Shown one piece after another: positions 46,201-55,470 of a DNA stretch of 64,000 bases. This stretch comes from a virus. Lineage: Duplodnaviria > Caudoviricetes. The stretch lies in IMG/VR virus record IMGVR_UViG_3300020190_000004; one strand, written 5' to 3'. A model generated the notes under the pieces. It saw only the letters and a list, made by a program, of their open reading frames with translations, made no database searches and was not told the DNA's origin. Numbering within the stretch: the first letter of the stretch is position 1; every line of letters begins with the position of its first letter. The position numbers and the translations under genes are program-made.

Positions 46201-49200
46201 CCGAAGTCCATAAGAGGCGATGTAATGTTACTAAGTATAGCACCTATGTTTGTAGCAGAAGCTGTAAAGTGCCCTTCATTTAATTTAATGACTTTTCCAG
46301 GTACGATCATTGCGTCCTTAGTGCCCTTGTTAATCACTTCGTTTTCAATGACTTCAAGACTAGCCATCTGCTGAACACCTTTAGCAAGAGTAACCATACT
46401 ACTCGAAAGCTTGCCAAACATATCTAAACCCATTTCAATGTAGCCATCGCTAAACCAACTACTTCCTTCGTCAACAGCTTTACCGAATTCCATAAGGGGC
46501 GAAGTGATTGCGCTAAGAATAGCATTTATGTTTTTGGCAGCTGCTGAAAAGTCAGACTTATCGAGTTTTCTAACATCACCCATGACAAGTTTAGCGTCCT
46601 TAGTGCCCGGGTTAATTACAACGTTAGTCATTACTTCCAGGTTAGCCATCTTAGCTACACCCTCAGCAAGAACTACCATAGAGTCGCTAAGTTTAGGCAT
46701 CATTTCAAGACCGGATTCAATGTAACCTGCTGTAAACCAACCACTGCCTTCGTCAACAGCTTTACCAAATTCCATTAGAGGGTCTGTTAAGCTGGTGAGA
46801 ATTAACTTGATGTTTTTACTAGCTTCTTTAAAGTCAGACTTATCAAGTTTTCTAACTTCGCCCATCACAAGTTTAGCTTTATCTGTCCCAGGGTTGATTA
46901 CAACGTTGGTCATTACTTCCAGGTTAGCCATCTTAGCTACACCTTCAGCAAGCGTAGCAATAGAGTCCGCCATAATAGGCATCATCTCAAGACCCTTCTG
47001 CATAATGCCTTTTGTAAACCAACTACTACCAACTGAAGCAGCCATACCAAACTCCATTAAAGGGCCTGTTAATGTAGTAATCATTAACTTGATGTTATTG
47101 GCAGCGTCTTTAAAGTCGCTTTTCTTGAGTTTACGAGTTTCTCCTAAAACAAGTTGAGCTTTATCTGTTCCAGGATTAGCTACCACCATTGAGGTAACTT
47201 CAAGATTGGCAATCTTAGCAACAGCCTCCGCTAATGTTGTTATTGCATAGCTTGCGGTTGCCATTGCTATAGAACCGTACATAATAAGATATGCTGAAAT
47301 AGGATTGCCCATGATAGCAAAGCCTTCAAGTATTGCGTAAGCCAATGAAGTTATCATATCTCCCATCAGCTGACCAGTTTTCTTATCATACTTGACTTGA
47401 TTAAATACCGCGACTGCTCCTGTTAAAGCAATTATCCCCGCTGATGCAAAAACCAAAGACGTACCACCAAGAATCACAAAAAGAGCTATCAAAGGAAAGC
47501 CCAAAGAAGCTACCGAAAGACCTAATACAGAAATAGAGTCAGCGAGAGCATGTATGTTATCCATGTTTATTCCAGGTAACGAACCAATTACTGCAACCAC
47601 GCCAGCAAATACCATTAAAGGTATAGCTGCCGTTTCGAGAGCAATGGATCCAATAATAACAAGGGCAGCTAAAAGAGGTATACCAAATATCGCGAATGCG
47701 CCGGCTAGCAGTATGATGGATCCAGCAAGTGCTGCTGCGCCAGCGATTACTCTCGGCGCGTCGAGGAAAGAATAGATAGCAAGAACGGCAGAAAATATCA
47801 TTAAAGGGAAACTTGCCTTGCCAAGAGTAAAAGACCCTAAATGTATCGCTGCAGCAATAACAGGAATACCCGCAAGAGCAAATGCACCACCTAATAGTAC
47901 AATACTAATGGCAAGCGCACCAGCTCCCAAAATTATCTGCGGTGCGAAGAAACCAGCAACCAGAGCAGCAGCGCCAATTAGCATGGTAGGGTTTACCATC
48001 TTTTGAACCGCTTGAGCACCAAAGTCAATCCAGACCGCAACCTGTCCCGCAAGCGCAAAAGCACCGGAAAGAAGAGCTATTGCTACCGAAATTACTACAC
48101 CGCCCAAAAGAACTTTCATCGGAAATAGCCCTGCGATAAGTAATGCAACAGTGAGACTCAGGATAGGTTTAGTCATACTGTTAATAGCAGTTGCTGCCAG
48201 CGTTATTTCAGGGAATAAAGCGGCGGTTGCTCCCATCACGAGTAAAAGAACCCCCATCGCTAATATGAAGGTAAGCGCACCGATAGCGAACGTTTTAGCA
48301 AATAAACCTATAAGTACGAATGTTAAACCTAACCTAAATGCAACACCTGCAATTATGCTGATTGCTTCAGCGGCAGTGAGCACTGCGGGAAATAGCTTGG
48401 CTACTGCTCCAAATATAAGGAGCATAGCTCCTACTGTTAAAGCAAATACCAAGGCACCTATAGCAAACTGTTTAGCAAAAAATCCTATCAGAATGAATGT
48501 TAAAGTTAAACGGAACGCAGTACCAGCTATTGCAGCAATACCAGCAGTGGCTATTGCAAGCTGAGGCACTGCCATTGCAACCAATCCAAATATAAGAAGC
48601 ATGGCAGCAACAACGATTGCAAAAACCAATGCACCTTTCGCAAAAGGGACCATGAGTAGCGATATGATAGTCATTCCCAATGCAAACATAATAGCACTGC
48701 CACCTATACCTACAAGCTCTGCTACTGCAGCTACATTAGTGACCGCAGACGCAGCTAGCAAACTAAATAGTGATAACATGGCAAATACTACAACAGAGAA
48801 TACCAATGCGCCTAAAGCAGCCATTGGTGCTAAAAATAACCACGCAGCCATAGCAAGACCGAATAGCGCTGCCCCTCCGGCTACGCCCATAAGTTCTACA
48901 ACAGCGGCCATGTTTGTTGTGGCGTTCATAAGAACCCCTGATAAAATACGCAGAGTCATCGCAACTGTTGCCCCAAAACCAGCAGCACCCGCCATAGATA
49001 AAGGTGTCAAGACAGACATCGCAGCCATGTCTTTCATAAACGTGCCTGCGTTACCAAGGATAGCGTTCATAAGATCAGCTGTTGCTTGCATCTTCTCAGT
49101 ATCCATTTCCTTGGTGGCTTCATCTAATGCAGTTACGATATCGTTGATAACGATTGCAACATTAGACCCTAAACTCTTATCTATAGATTCTGCCTCGGAA

Positions 49201-49427
49201 AGTGCTTTAATAAGTTCTGCCAAGGCTTTTGCTGATGAAGCAATATCACCCGCATCGATTTTTTCTCCCTTTTTTTCTTCCTTGCCTTTGTCATCATCCT
49301 TGCCATCCTTGCCACCTTTGCCACCTGTATTCTTTTCAATTTTTTCAAGAATCGCGTTGATAGGTGCACCTGGGCCTAAAAGCTTATTGAGTTGTTGACC
49401 TATATACTGTGCATCTGCATTCGCCAT
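43206..49427 (-). CDS. tape measure-like protein with about ten 94-105 aa repeats and a C-terminal Peptidase_S74 chaperone domain
   Basis: Position after tube and chaperone genes; 2073 aa, Ala/Gly/Leu-rich; terminal SDRRLKDNI...GVMAQEL...VNY. Confidence 0.8.
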   Translation of the reverse strand: MANADAQYIGQQLNKLLGPGAPINAILEKIEKNTGGKGGKDGKDDDKGKEEKKGEKIDAGDIASSAKALAELIKALSEAESIDKSLGSNVAIVINDIVTALDEATKEMDTEKMQATADLMNAILGNAGTFMKDMAAMSVLTPLSMAGAAGFGATVAMTLRILSGVLMNATTNMAAVVELMGVAGGAALFGLAMAAWLFLAPMAALGALVFSVVVFAMLSLFSLLAASAVTNVAAVAELVGIGGSAIMFALGMTIISLLMVPFAKGALVFAIVVAAMLLIFGLVAMAVPQLAIATAGIAAIAGTAFRLTLTFILIGFFAKQFAIGALVFALTVGAMLLIFGAVAKLFPAVLTAAEAISIIAGVAFRLGLTFVLIGLFAKTFAIGALTFILAMGVLLLVMGATAALFPEITLAATAINSMTKPILSLTVALLIAGLFPMKVLLGGVVISVAIALLSGAFALAGQVAVWIDFGAQAVQKMVNPTMLIGAAALVAGFFAPQIILGAGALAISIVLLGGAFALAGIPVIAAAIHLGSFTLGKASFPLMIFSAVLAIYSFLDAPRVIAGAAALAGSIILLAGAFAIFGIPLLAALVIIGSIALETAAIPLMVFAGVVAVIGSLPGINMDNIHALADSISVLGLSVASLGFPLIALFVILGGTSLVFASAGIIALTGAVAVFNQVKYDKKTGQLMGDMITSLAYAILEGFAIMGNPISAYLIMYGSIAMATASYAITTLAEAVAKIANLEVTSMVVANPGTDKAQLVLGETRKLKKSDFKDAANNIKLMITTLTGPLMEFGMAASVGSSWFTKGIMQKGLEMMPIMADSIATLAEGVAKMANLEVMTNVVINPGTDKAKLVMGEVRKLDKSDFKEASKNIKLILTSLTDPLMEFGKAVDEGSGWFTAGYIESGLEMMPKLSDSMVVLAEGVAKMANLEVMTNVVINPGTKDAKLVMGDVRKLDKSDFSAAAKNINAILSAITSPLMEFGKAVDEGSSWFSDGYIEMGLDMFGKLSSSMVTLAKGVQQMASLEVIENEVINKGTKDAMIVPGKVIKLNEGHFTASATNIGAILSNITSPLMDFGKALDEGSGWFSDGYIATGVEYFGILTESLTTLATGIQGMANLEVTQNKVINKGTKEAMIVPDKVTKLQESDFKAAATNIGTLLSTLTAPLTNFGIQLEGGTGGGGFFSFFADAISPNYMQIGLEGLGTLSGSLTGLAEGMAKMANMEFITQEIVNKGTPDAKLVPGKVMKVTPQMMEQAALSVGALLAGMTSPLTDFGIALEGGTGGGGGLLDFFADLVSKDYMRIGLEGIGTLSGSLGSLAEGMAKMANMEFIEQTIVGRGTPDAKVVPGKIRQVTEGMMTQAGKNVGALIVSLTEPLTNFGKQLEGGTGGSGSWWDFWSDWVSPDYMRIGLEGLGTLSESLGGLAEGIVKMANLEVVVNKVIDDGKGGTKIVPDYVRKLSWVDFANAGSNVGTILSWIATPLTDFGKAMEEGSSWFSGGYVEKGLEGLGLLSESLGGLAEGVIKMAQMQVITQKVINPGTPKAKVVPDQVITLNEGHFELAAAGIGKILDGLAGPLGDFGRAYAGGGSFFGIVFGDVKSGIEAMGEVAEPIGVLADAIIKMGSGQFVQQEVVKDKKGNPKLVPGKVINFTDMVADAKVNLYDILTFFPGALSEAGHLAHANYEGLTHMMWHLDNTINPTFELLIETTELYSEATAVIMKVRAKYPEVYGLEFAGNSPFIWPVKRYISGAELISKSVGVLKDALWNFHTYINPGLQENVTASLLYYRATDIFQKAKDKNIPMDQLILSFDVSMSILGRTMKRDMNIPALQNLWHFTNQMQRLSNMVTPFERFTKAFTQFAKDMGTFSHNFMVMTPDGINAYKIWTDAVVTVANTDFSLIESKIQAMRDIAASIYKAGDPEIPGADLTQTLGEKLGAIGNTAQNVVSSPTPGSIVGGGGGGGGGDATAIAQAVKSALSNLTVQNLNVTGVMNTSDRRLKDNIKLIGVSPSGINIYEFTYVWDSNTRFIGVMAQELIGTEWEHAVVLDEHEYYAVNYSIIDVDFCLADEYIQYENDKI

Positions 49428-49462
49428 CTATGGGTTTGTCTATTGTGATTTTTGTATATATC

Positions 49463-49494
49463 AAAAGACCCGAGACACAACGGTCTCGGGTCTT
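49463..49494 (-). terminator. Rho-independent terminator
   Basis: Perfect 12-bp stem AAGACCCGAGAC/GTCTCGGGTCTT with TTTT, immediately followed by GATATATA. Confidence 0.85.
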
Positions 49495-49512
49495 AGGCGA
49501 AAGTCTATATTT

Positions 49513-49920
49513 TTAGAAAAACTTCGGCATACTCGGCATACTCGGCATACTCGGCATACTTGGCATTTTAAAGCTTCCGGGGTTAAAGCTTGATGATTGC
49601 GCCCATGAAGGTAAACCTTGGTTAGCGTTTCTCATCATATCAGCAGCTCCGCGTCTAGCATCATCCATGCCGCTAGTGGATTGCTGTTCTTTTTCCTGTT
49701 GCTTTCTGGATTCATTTTCCCTTTCGTTCCAATTCTTAAGGTTGTCCATCAGCATTTCTGCTCTCCAAAATTCGAAGCGATCAAGCTCAGACGGTTGAAG
49801 ACGAAGAATTTTAAGCATGAGGAACTCAACCTCAAACCAATTCTCCAAAGATATCTGAAATAAGGAAAATAGACTTGACTCCTGACTGAAAGTTAAGCGG
49901 AGCAGTGGCCTCCGTCCCAC
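49513..49920 (-). CDS. tail assembly chaperone C-terminal part (T4 gp51 / gpT-like)
   Basis: SLENWFEVEF.M.K.L...SEL.R..FW pattern; overlaps the 3' end of the upstream chaperone; start uncertain. Confidence 0.55.
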   Translation of the reverse strand: MGRRPLLRLTFSQESSLFSLFQISLENWFEVEFLMLKILRLQPSELDRFEFWRAEMLMDNLKNWNERENESRKQQEKEQQSTSGMDDARRGAADMMRNANQGLPSWAQSSSFNPGSFKMPSMPSMPSMPSMPKFF

Positions 49921-50845
49921 TCATTGAACGATAGCGAACTTGCGGTTTAACCGAAGATGCTAGCATGTCAACTAATTTATCCATAACGGAGATCTTTTGC
50001 AATGACCATGTATACGATTCTTGCACAGCTTTATCATACACATTCTGATTAACACTTTTCCAATCCGGAAAAAGAAAAGGTGCGTACTTAACGAAAGATT
50101 TATCAAAGTTTGTACCGCTTTGTTGACGTTGCTTTAAGTAATTCTTGATGAATAGCATTGTTCCAAGAGACGGTAAATACATTTTGAAATTTTCACCGTT
50201 TTTCATACGAATATCAAAGCAACGATCGTTGTTATCAAAGTAATTCATTAATCTCTCATCTGCATTAAAGTAATCAATAACATCTTTAGTTACTTCTACT
50301 CTTTCTTCAAGACCTTCATCATTAGTAACAGTTACAAACATTTTATTTTCACCGTTCTTAAATGTATAGTCACGAATAGCAAAGATTAGATAGAAACGGT
50401 CAATTTCCTTTAGATCTTTGTATGTACCGGGTTTACCAGGCACTTTAATGCGAGCACACTTATCAACAATAAAGTTAAGCATGTCATCAACACCTAATAA
50501 GTCATTTTCGTCTATCGTTGACCAGTGGCGTATCTCAGCAACTGATGCAGAACGAATAGCAACTTGTGTCCCCGGTTCGTAAAACATACCCCCTGATGGT
50601 AGGTTTTCTAATGGAACAGTTTTCCAACCAAGCTCATTAGCAATTGGATCTTCTTCCTCATAAATTTTGAACTTCTCTGCTTTACCAAGTGAAGTTGGTT
50701 GTGCAATCAGAACGGGATCTTCTGCAACAGTTTCAACTTCAACTTTTTTAGCAGCAGCGGCAGCAGCAGCTTCTTCTTGCTGGGCAAGTAATTTGGCTTC
50801 TCGTTCAATCTGCTCTTTAAAGTCGTTGTTTTGTTCTTCTGACAT
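49832..50845 (-). CDS. tail assembly chaperone / baseplate hub subunit (T4 gp26-like)
   Basis: LPSGGMFY...IR....E pattern; position between tube and tape measure. Confidence 0.6.
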   Translation of the reverse strand: MSEEQNNDFKEQIEREAKLLAQQEEAAAAAAAKKVEVETVAEDPVLIAQPTSLGKAEKFKIYEEEDPIANELGWKTVPLENLPSGGMFYEPGTQVAIRSASVAEIRHWSTIDENDLLGVDDMLNFIVDKCARIKVPGKPGTYKDLKEIDRFYLIFAIRDYTFKNGENKMFVTVTNDEGLEERVEVTKDVIDYFNADERLMNYFDNNDRCFDIRMKNGENFKMYLPSLGTMLFIKNYLKQRQQSGTNFDKSFVKYAPFLFPDWKSVNQNVYDKAVQESYTWSLQKISVMDKLVDMLASSVKPQVRYRSMSGTEATAPLNFQSGVKSIFLISDIFGELV

Positions 50846-50865
50846 ATAAAATGGTTTTGTTTAAT

Positions 50866-50893
50866 TATATATCCATTGGCAAGAAAAGTTCTT
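50866..50893 (-). promoter_or_regulatory. composite promoter: AAGAACT-N15 plus GATATATA
   Basis: Carries both recurring motifs, 21 nt before the ATG. Confidence 0.6.
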
Positions 50894-50914
50894 ATTTTTG
50901 GGAAATTTGTGAAT

Positions 50915-50940
50915 AAAAAAAGGGAGCCAGAGCTCCCTTT
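50915..50940 (-). terminator. Rho-independent terminator after tail tube gene
   Basis: AAAGGGAGC/GCTCCCTTT stem with long T-run. Confidence 0.85.
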
Positions 50941-50958
50941 GTAGTAGTTTGATTAAGA

Positions 50959-51516
50959 TTAGAGAATTGTCTCTTCCCAGTAATCACAACGTAATGTGAA
51001 TCCGGTGATTTTGTAGATATCGTTACTACCAAAATCTGTTTCAATAGGAGTGATAGGCGATGTTGGGAAACATATCGGGAACTTAATCTGACGGAAGATA
51101 TCACCATTCTTGTTAAAGTAGTTGATGATCATCGGTCCTCCAGTGTAGTCCTTTTTCAATCCCATTCTTCCTGTAAGTGGATCATAGATAAGATCACACC
51201 ATTTACGAAGTGCTTTGTAGCAATACATTGAGTTTGCATCGTCAAGGTTGACTTCGAAATCAAGTTGTACATCGCAAGTAGTTGCATCTACCATACCACC
51301 AGCAAACGAACGTTTAGCTGATTTGTATTTTTGTTCAACAACTGCCGGTGAACGGTTAACATCAACTCCACCAACTTTAAGAACGTTTTCCATTACTAGA
51401 GTCCAGCCTGTAACAGCAGCAGGAGGCTGTAGTGTAACCTCAAACTGTGCCAAGTACACCGGCTCGTACTGAGCCATGGCGGCTTTGGAATTTCTATAGT
51501 GCGGTAATCCTGCCAT
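50959..51516 (-). CDS. tail tube protein (gp19-like)
   Basis: Directly downstream of sheath; 185 aa; FP....D......Y......DYW-type ending. Confidence 0.8.
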   Translation of the reverse strand: MAGLPHYRNSKAAMAQYEPVYLAQFEVTLQPPAAVTGWTLVMENVLKVGGVDVNRSPAVVEQKYKSAKRSFAGGMVDATTCDVQLDFEVNLDDANSMYCYKALRKWCDLIYDPLTGRMGLKKDYTGGPMIINYFNKNGDIFRQIKFPICFPTSPITPIETDFGSNDIYKITGFTLRCDYWEETIL

Positions 51517-51547
51517 AGTATTTTAGTTTTCTTTTATTTATTCAATG

Positions 51548-51555
51548 TATATATC
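51548..51555 (-). promoter_or_regulatory. late-type promoter motif GATATATA
   Basis: Recurs upstream of seven structural genes. Confidence 0.6.
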
Positions 51556-51559
51556 TTTC

Positions 51560-54500
51560 TTATACTGCAGCAAATCCGCCTGAAGCGATTGCACCAGTCT
51601 TAAGAACTGTAATACGGTTAACGAATTTCTGTAGCCCTCTCGTTGGCTCGATTCCGATGTCAATGATACCAAAGTTTTGGTCAATGATTTCGTTAGTGTT
51701 ATTGGTATCGTCCATAATAACCGAGAATGCTTGAATACCTCCAGCGTTTCTTACAACATCAAGATATGTTTCAATGATTGTGCGTATTTCAAGACGTGTA
51801 GCAGCATCGTTAAACTCAAACAAGTAGTTTTGTAAGATTTCAATAACACCTTCTTCAACTGTAATAAGCAAGTCACGAACATGTAAGTTGTTGAATGCTG
51901 ATAAAGTTCTTTGGTAAGCAGTCTGGTTAGCGAAGATCATTGGACCAACGTTGCGAACAACTACGATGGGGTTAAGACCTGCTGGTTCGAGATATTCACG
52001 GTCCTTCAACAAGAAGTCATATTCAAGTCCTACGAATTTAGGGTCAGAAATAACACCTCTTCTTGGACCAGCGACGATAGCATAAGGGGTTCCGTTCACG
52101 AATTTAGCAACGAAGTTGTTAGAAACGTGAGCAGCAGGTGGGATACTGATGTTCTTACCGTTTTCTCTAAGGATAACGTTAGGTGTGAAGACCCCAATAA
52201 ATTTAGCACCGTTCTCTTCATCAGGTAAACCCCAAGTATAACTTGGACCAAGGCTTAAGTTACCACCTGTAGAAATGTACTCGGTGTTAAGCACTGGTTT
52301 AGGGTTTCCTGAAGCAGCGTCAGGTAATTCAGTGAATCGCGGGTCAGTGCTTGCTTGGAATTCAGCCATAGAAGGGGCGTTCAATAAAGCTAGACACTGT
52401 TGACGATTCTTAGCTAATCGACTCAAGTATTGTTTTGGGCCCATTCCTGGCTCAAGACCACCATTGAATGTGTCAATGATGTAACGGAATTGAATCACGT
52501 CTCTTGAAGCAAGAGTTTCACCAATGTTTGTAGTCTCAAGAACACTAAGTATTTTTTCAAGTTGAGCAGGAGTACCAGGTATATGATAATCTGTCATCTT
52601 AAACCCAGATAACTGAGTGAATTGGAAACGATCAGCAAATTTCTGAATCGGTGTAAACTTAGTAATATAAGAAATACCCGAAGTAGTTGTAGTACCAGGT
52701 ACTTCAATTACAGTATATTCAAAATAAGGAGATCCTGTAGCAGGATCTAATTTCTTAACTTTAGAAGTAACTCTTGTAAGTTTAGGAGAAACGATGTCAT
52801 TATTCACAACGAAATCTCCAACTTCTAGATTAACAGAATTTGTTTGGCTAAGTTTGAATTTCTTACCGCCGCCGTAAAGTCCTGGGGTTTCAATCGCAAT
52901 GTTCGACTGAATGTTTTTAGCCAACGAAGAATATGCAGCAAATACATTTTCACCAAGAGCAGCAGGTAACTGAATTGTTGTATCGATGTAAGTGTTATCA
53001 AGAGTAGCAAAGTTTGTAGTAGGGTTTTGTAAAGCTGTATCAGCGAACTGGCGAACGATTGTTCCTGGTAAGCCGTAAGCAACTTTTGAGTACTGATTGA
53101 TATTTTTACCCCAAATAGAATCTACGTTTAAGTAGTTGTATTGTGAAGCACCAGAACCGTACTTAACACGATCTCCGTCAACTAAAAGGTTTCCGTTAAT
53201 GTTTTTAGACAATTTTGAACCAGGATAAGACTCGATGTACGAAATAGTTGCAATGTTAGAACCTGTTAATGTAGGATCAACACCGACAACAGCAGCTGGG
53301 TCAGCGAATCCTGTAAATTGTTGACCACCGGGAAGTGTTATGATTACTTGTGCAGCAGCAGCAACACCTAATACAGTAAATGCGTTTAGACCAGCAGCAG
53401 TAAGAATGTTGACTCCACCATAAGTAGGGGATGATAAAACTAAATCGTAAGCATCGGTAGTAGCAAAAGTACCGTAGATATGAGCTGTACCGTAAACAGT
53501 TCCAGATGATGCGTCGGTAATTGTTACATTATTTTCTGCTGCGGCATTAGTAGTTTGTCCTAAACCTTCAACGTTTGCGATAGTAGAAGCACATTCAGCA
53601 ATGTAACCAAAAGTATTACCGAAACCTTGTTGCAGGTTAGGAATCAAATCTTGAGCACCTACCTCTGTTGTAGCCCAAACTGTTACTCTAAGAGCACTAG
53701 GCTGTTGGTAAGCAGCGAATTCATCAGCAGCAAAACCGGCTACACACCATTTGTTTAACCAAAGAGGCCCGCCAACTGTTAATGAAGTGTTTACGATGAT
53801 TCGGTCTACACCAGGAGAAAAGGATGGTATGTAAGAAGCAATTTCAAAGTACTTTGTATACCCAGGAGCTTCAACCAAGATCACATCTCCGACTGTGATA
53901 ACAGGAGTAAGGTTACTAAAGCTTTTTATGTCGATAGTGTTAGCTAAGGTAGGAACTGCTGCAGCAACAGTTTCTTCGATGTAATCACTTTCAGGACCAG
54001 TTCCGTAAAGAGCGCTGTAGTAATCTTTATCTTGACGAACAGGGTTTGACAAGTAAATCAACAAGTCGGTTCCTGTGTCAACAATGTTACTTACTTTAAC
54101 GTAGTCATTAGGAGTATCACTGTCGTTAATTGTTAAAGCACCGTTAGATAAAACAAGAGATCTTGTGTTTAGTACAGAAGCAATATAGTCCCACTGTGAA
54201 GGTGTGAAGATGATGTCACTTGGAATAGGTCGAGGTAATACAAGAACGTTTCCAAATTTACCAGCAGCACCGCCTGTAGCAACAGAGCGTATGTATGGTT
54301 CAACAGATCCTGTAAGAGGGCCAAATGATTGTAGAGTCGTTTGTGATAAAAGGTTGTCATCTTTACCGGTGAAGGAAAGAACCGACTTTATAGGAGTGTT
54401 GTATGACAAGAAGTCAAGAATATCGTCAGTAGTGTTAATCAAAGTATTACCAATCATATCAACCTTGTAAGTTGAATTGGCGTAATCTTCTAGAACGTCT

Positions 54501-55399
54501 TGGTTGATGTTTAGGAATAAACCAGTTGTAGCAACTTGTTGATTAACGATTACATCGATAGATTGATTACTTCCGTTGTTATCAAGGAAGTCAGGTATAA
54601 TGCAACCTGTAAATGAACCTGTTAATGTAATTCCATCAAGGGACAAGAATGAGTTAAGACGATCAGCGCGTAGACCACGTAAGTCAAAGAACTTGCTGTA
54701 AAGAGGATCTTTTGCAAGTAGAGGCAAGTTAGTCCAGTCGCCGCGTACAATGAATACGTCTACGAAATAATCAGACATAAAGTCAGACTTGTAAACGAAT
54801 GTTGGTATTTCATCAGCACCAAAATAGTCTTGAGCAGTAACATTGTACTGACTAGCATTTGTTGATTTTCTGATGATTACGCTTTGCGCTTGTTGACCAA
54901 GGTTTACTACGTTAAACAATCTACCGCGGTTAGCTGGTTTGCTATCCACAGTTGCTTGTAGGTAATCTGTGTCTGGATAGAAGAATCTTTCTTTGTTGTA
55001 GAAAGAAGCGTAGAGTGCTCTAGTAATGTCACCGTTGTTTTCATTTGCCGCAAGTGCAAATGATCGATAATCTACTGCGTCTCCACCTTCATTAACTGGG
55101 ACATTGTTTAGTGGTAAGAGGTTTAATGCGAAGATTGGACCTGTTCCGAGTGAAGTTTCAATTGCACGATGGAAGAAAGATCCACGAGCTTCAAGTGAAG
55201 AGTCTATTGTACCGAAAACTCTTCTTGCTGTGCGAATATCCCGCAAAAACACCGGAGAGTTAAAAGGGCCAATTCGTGAAAACCCAACGACCAAGCGGAT
55301 TGTCTGAGTTGATACAACGATAAACTCAGAAGCATCGAACTCGATTGTGTATATTCCAGATGCTTTGAATCTGTTAAGATCAAGAGTGATTTTAGCCAT
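51560..55399 (-). CDS. tail sheath protein (gp18-like, 1279 aa)
   Basis: N-terminal SGIYTIEFD...GFSRIGPFNSP; C-terminal AGPRRG...INP...NQT...VRDLL...LFEFND. Confidence 0.9.
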   Translation of the reverse strand: MAKITLDLNRFKASGIYTIEFDASEFIVVSTQTIRLVVGFSRIGPFNSPVFLRDIRTARRVFGTIDSSLEARGSFFHRAIETSLGTGPIFALNLLPLNNVPVNEGGDAVDYRSFALAANENNGDITRALYASFYNKERFFYPDTDYLQATVDSKPANRGRLFNVVNLGQQAQSVIIRKSTNASQYNVTAQDYFGADEIPTFVYKSDFMSDYFVDVFIVRGDWTNLPLLAKDPLYSKFFDLRGLRADRLNSFLSLDGITLTGSFTGCIIPDFLDNNGSNQSIDVIVNQQVATTGLFLNINQDVLEDYANSTYKVDMIGNTLINTTDDILDFLSYNTPIKSVLSFTGKDDNLLSQTTLQSFGPLTGSVEPYIRSVATGGAAGKFGNVLVLPRPIPSDIIFTPSQWDYIASVLNTRSLVLSNGALTINDSDTPNDYVKVSNIVDTGTDLLIYLSNPVRQDKDYYSALYGTGPESDYIEETVAAAVPTLANTIDIKSFSNLTPVITVGDVILVEAPGYTKYFEIASYIPSFSPGVDRIIVNTSLTVGGPLWLNKWCVAGFAADEFAAYQQPSALRVTVWATTEVGAQDLIPNLQQGFGNTFGYIAECASTIANVEGLGQTTNAAAENNVTITDASSGTVYGTAHIYGTFATTDAYDLVLSSPTYGGVNILTAAGLNAFTVLGVAAAAQVIITLPGGQQFTGFADPAAVVGVDPTLTGSNIATISYIESYPGSKLSKNINGNLLVDGDRVKYGSGASQYNYLNVDSIWGKNINQYSKVAYGLPGTIVRQFADTALQNPTTNFATLDNTYIDTTIQLPAALGENVFAAYSSLAKNIQSNIAIETPGLYGGGKKFKLSQTNSVNLEVGDFVVNNDIVSPKLTRVTSKVKKLDPATGSPYFEYTVIEVPGTTTTSGISYITKFTPIQKFADRFQFTQLSGFKMTDYHIPGTPAQLEKILSVLETTNIGETLASRDVIQFRYIIDTFNGGLEPGMGPKQYLSRLAKNRQQCLALLNAPSMAEFQASTDPRFTELPDAASGNPKPVLNTEYISTGGNLSLGPSYTWGLPDEENGAKFIGVFTPNVILRENGKNISIPPAAHVSNNFVAKFVNGTPYAIVAGPRRGVISDPKFVGLEYDFLLKDREYLEPAGLNPIVVVRNVGPMIFANQTAYQRTLSAFNNLHVRDLLITVEEGVIEILQNYLFEFNDAATRLEIRTIIETYLDVVRNAGGIQAFSVIMDDTNNTNEIIDQNFGIIDIGIEPTRGLQKFVNRITVLKTGAIASGGFAAV

Positions 55400-55444
55400 T
55401 CTTTATACTATTATTTTTTGTCGAACCTGTATGATTCCTTTTTC

Positions 55445-55452
55445 TATATATC
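55445..55452 (-). promoter_or_regulatory. late-type promoter motif GATATATA
   Basis: Upstream of the sheath gene. Confidence 0.6.
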
Positions 55453-55470
55453 TTATGTTTATTCATTTTT

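Noticed and set aside
43348-49398. Long plus-strand ORFs opposite the tape measure (e.g. 48601..49398, 48151..48564)
   Set aside because: Antisense shadows of a strongly codon-biased Ala/Gly/Leu-rich gene, with no independent signals.
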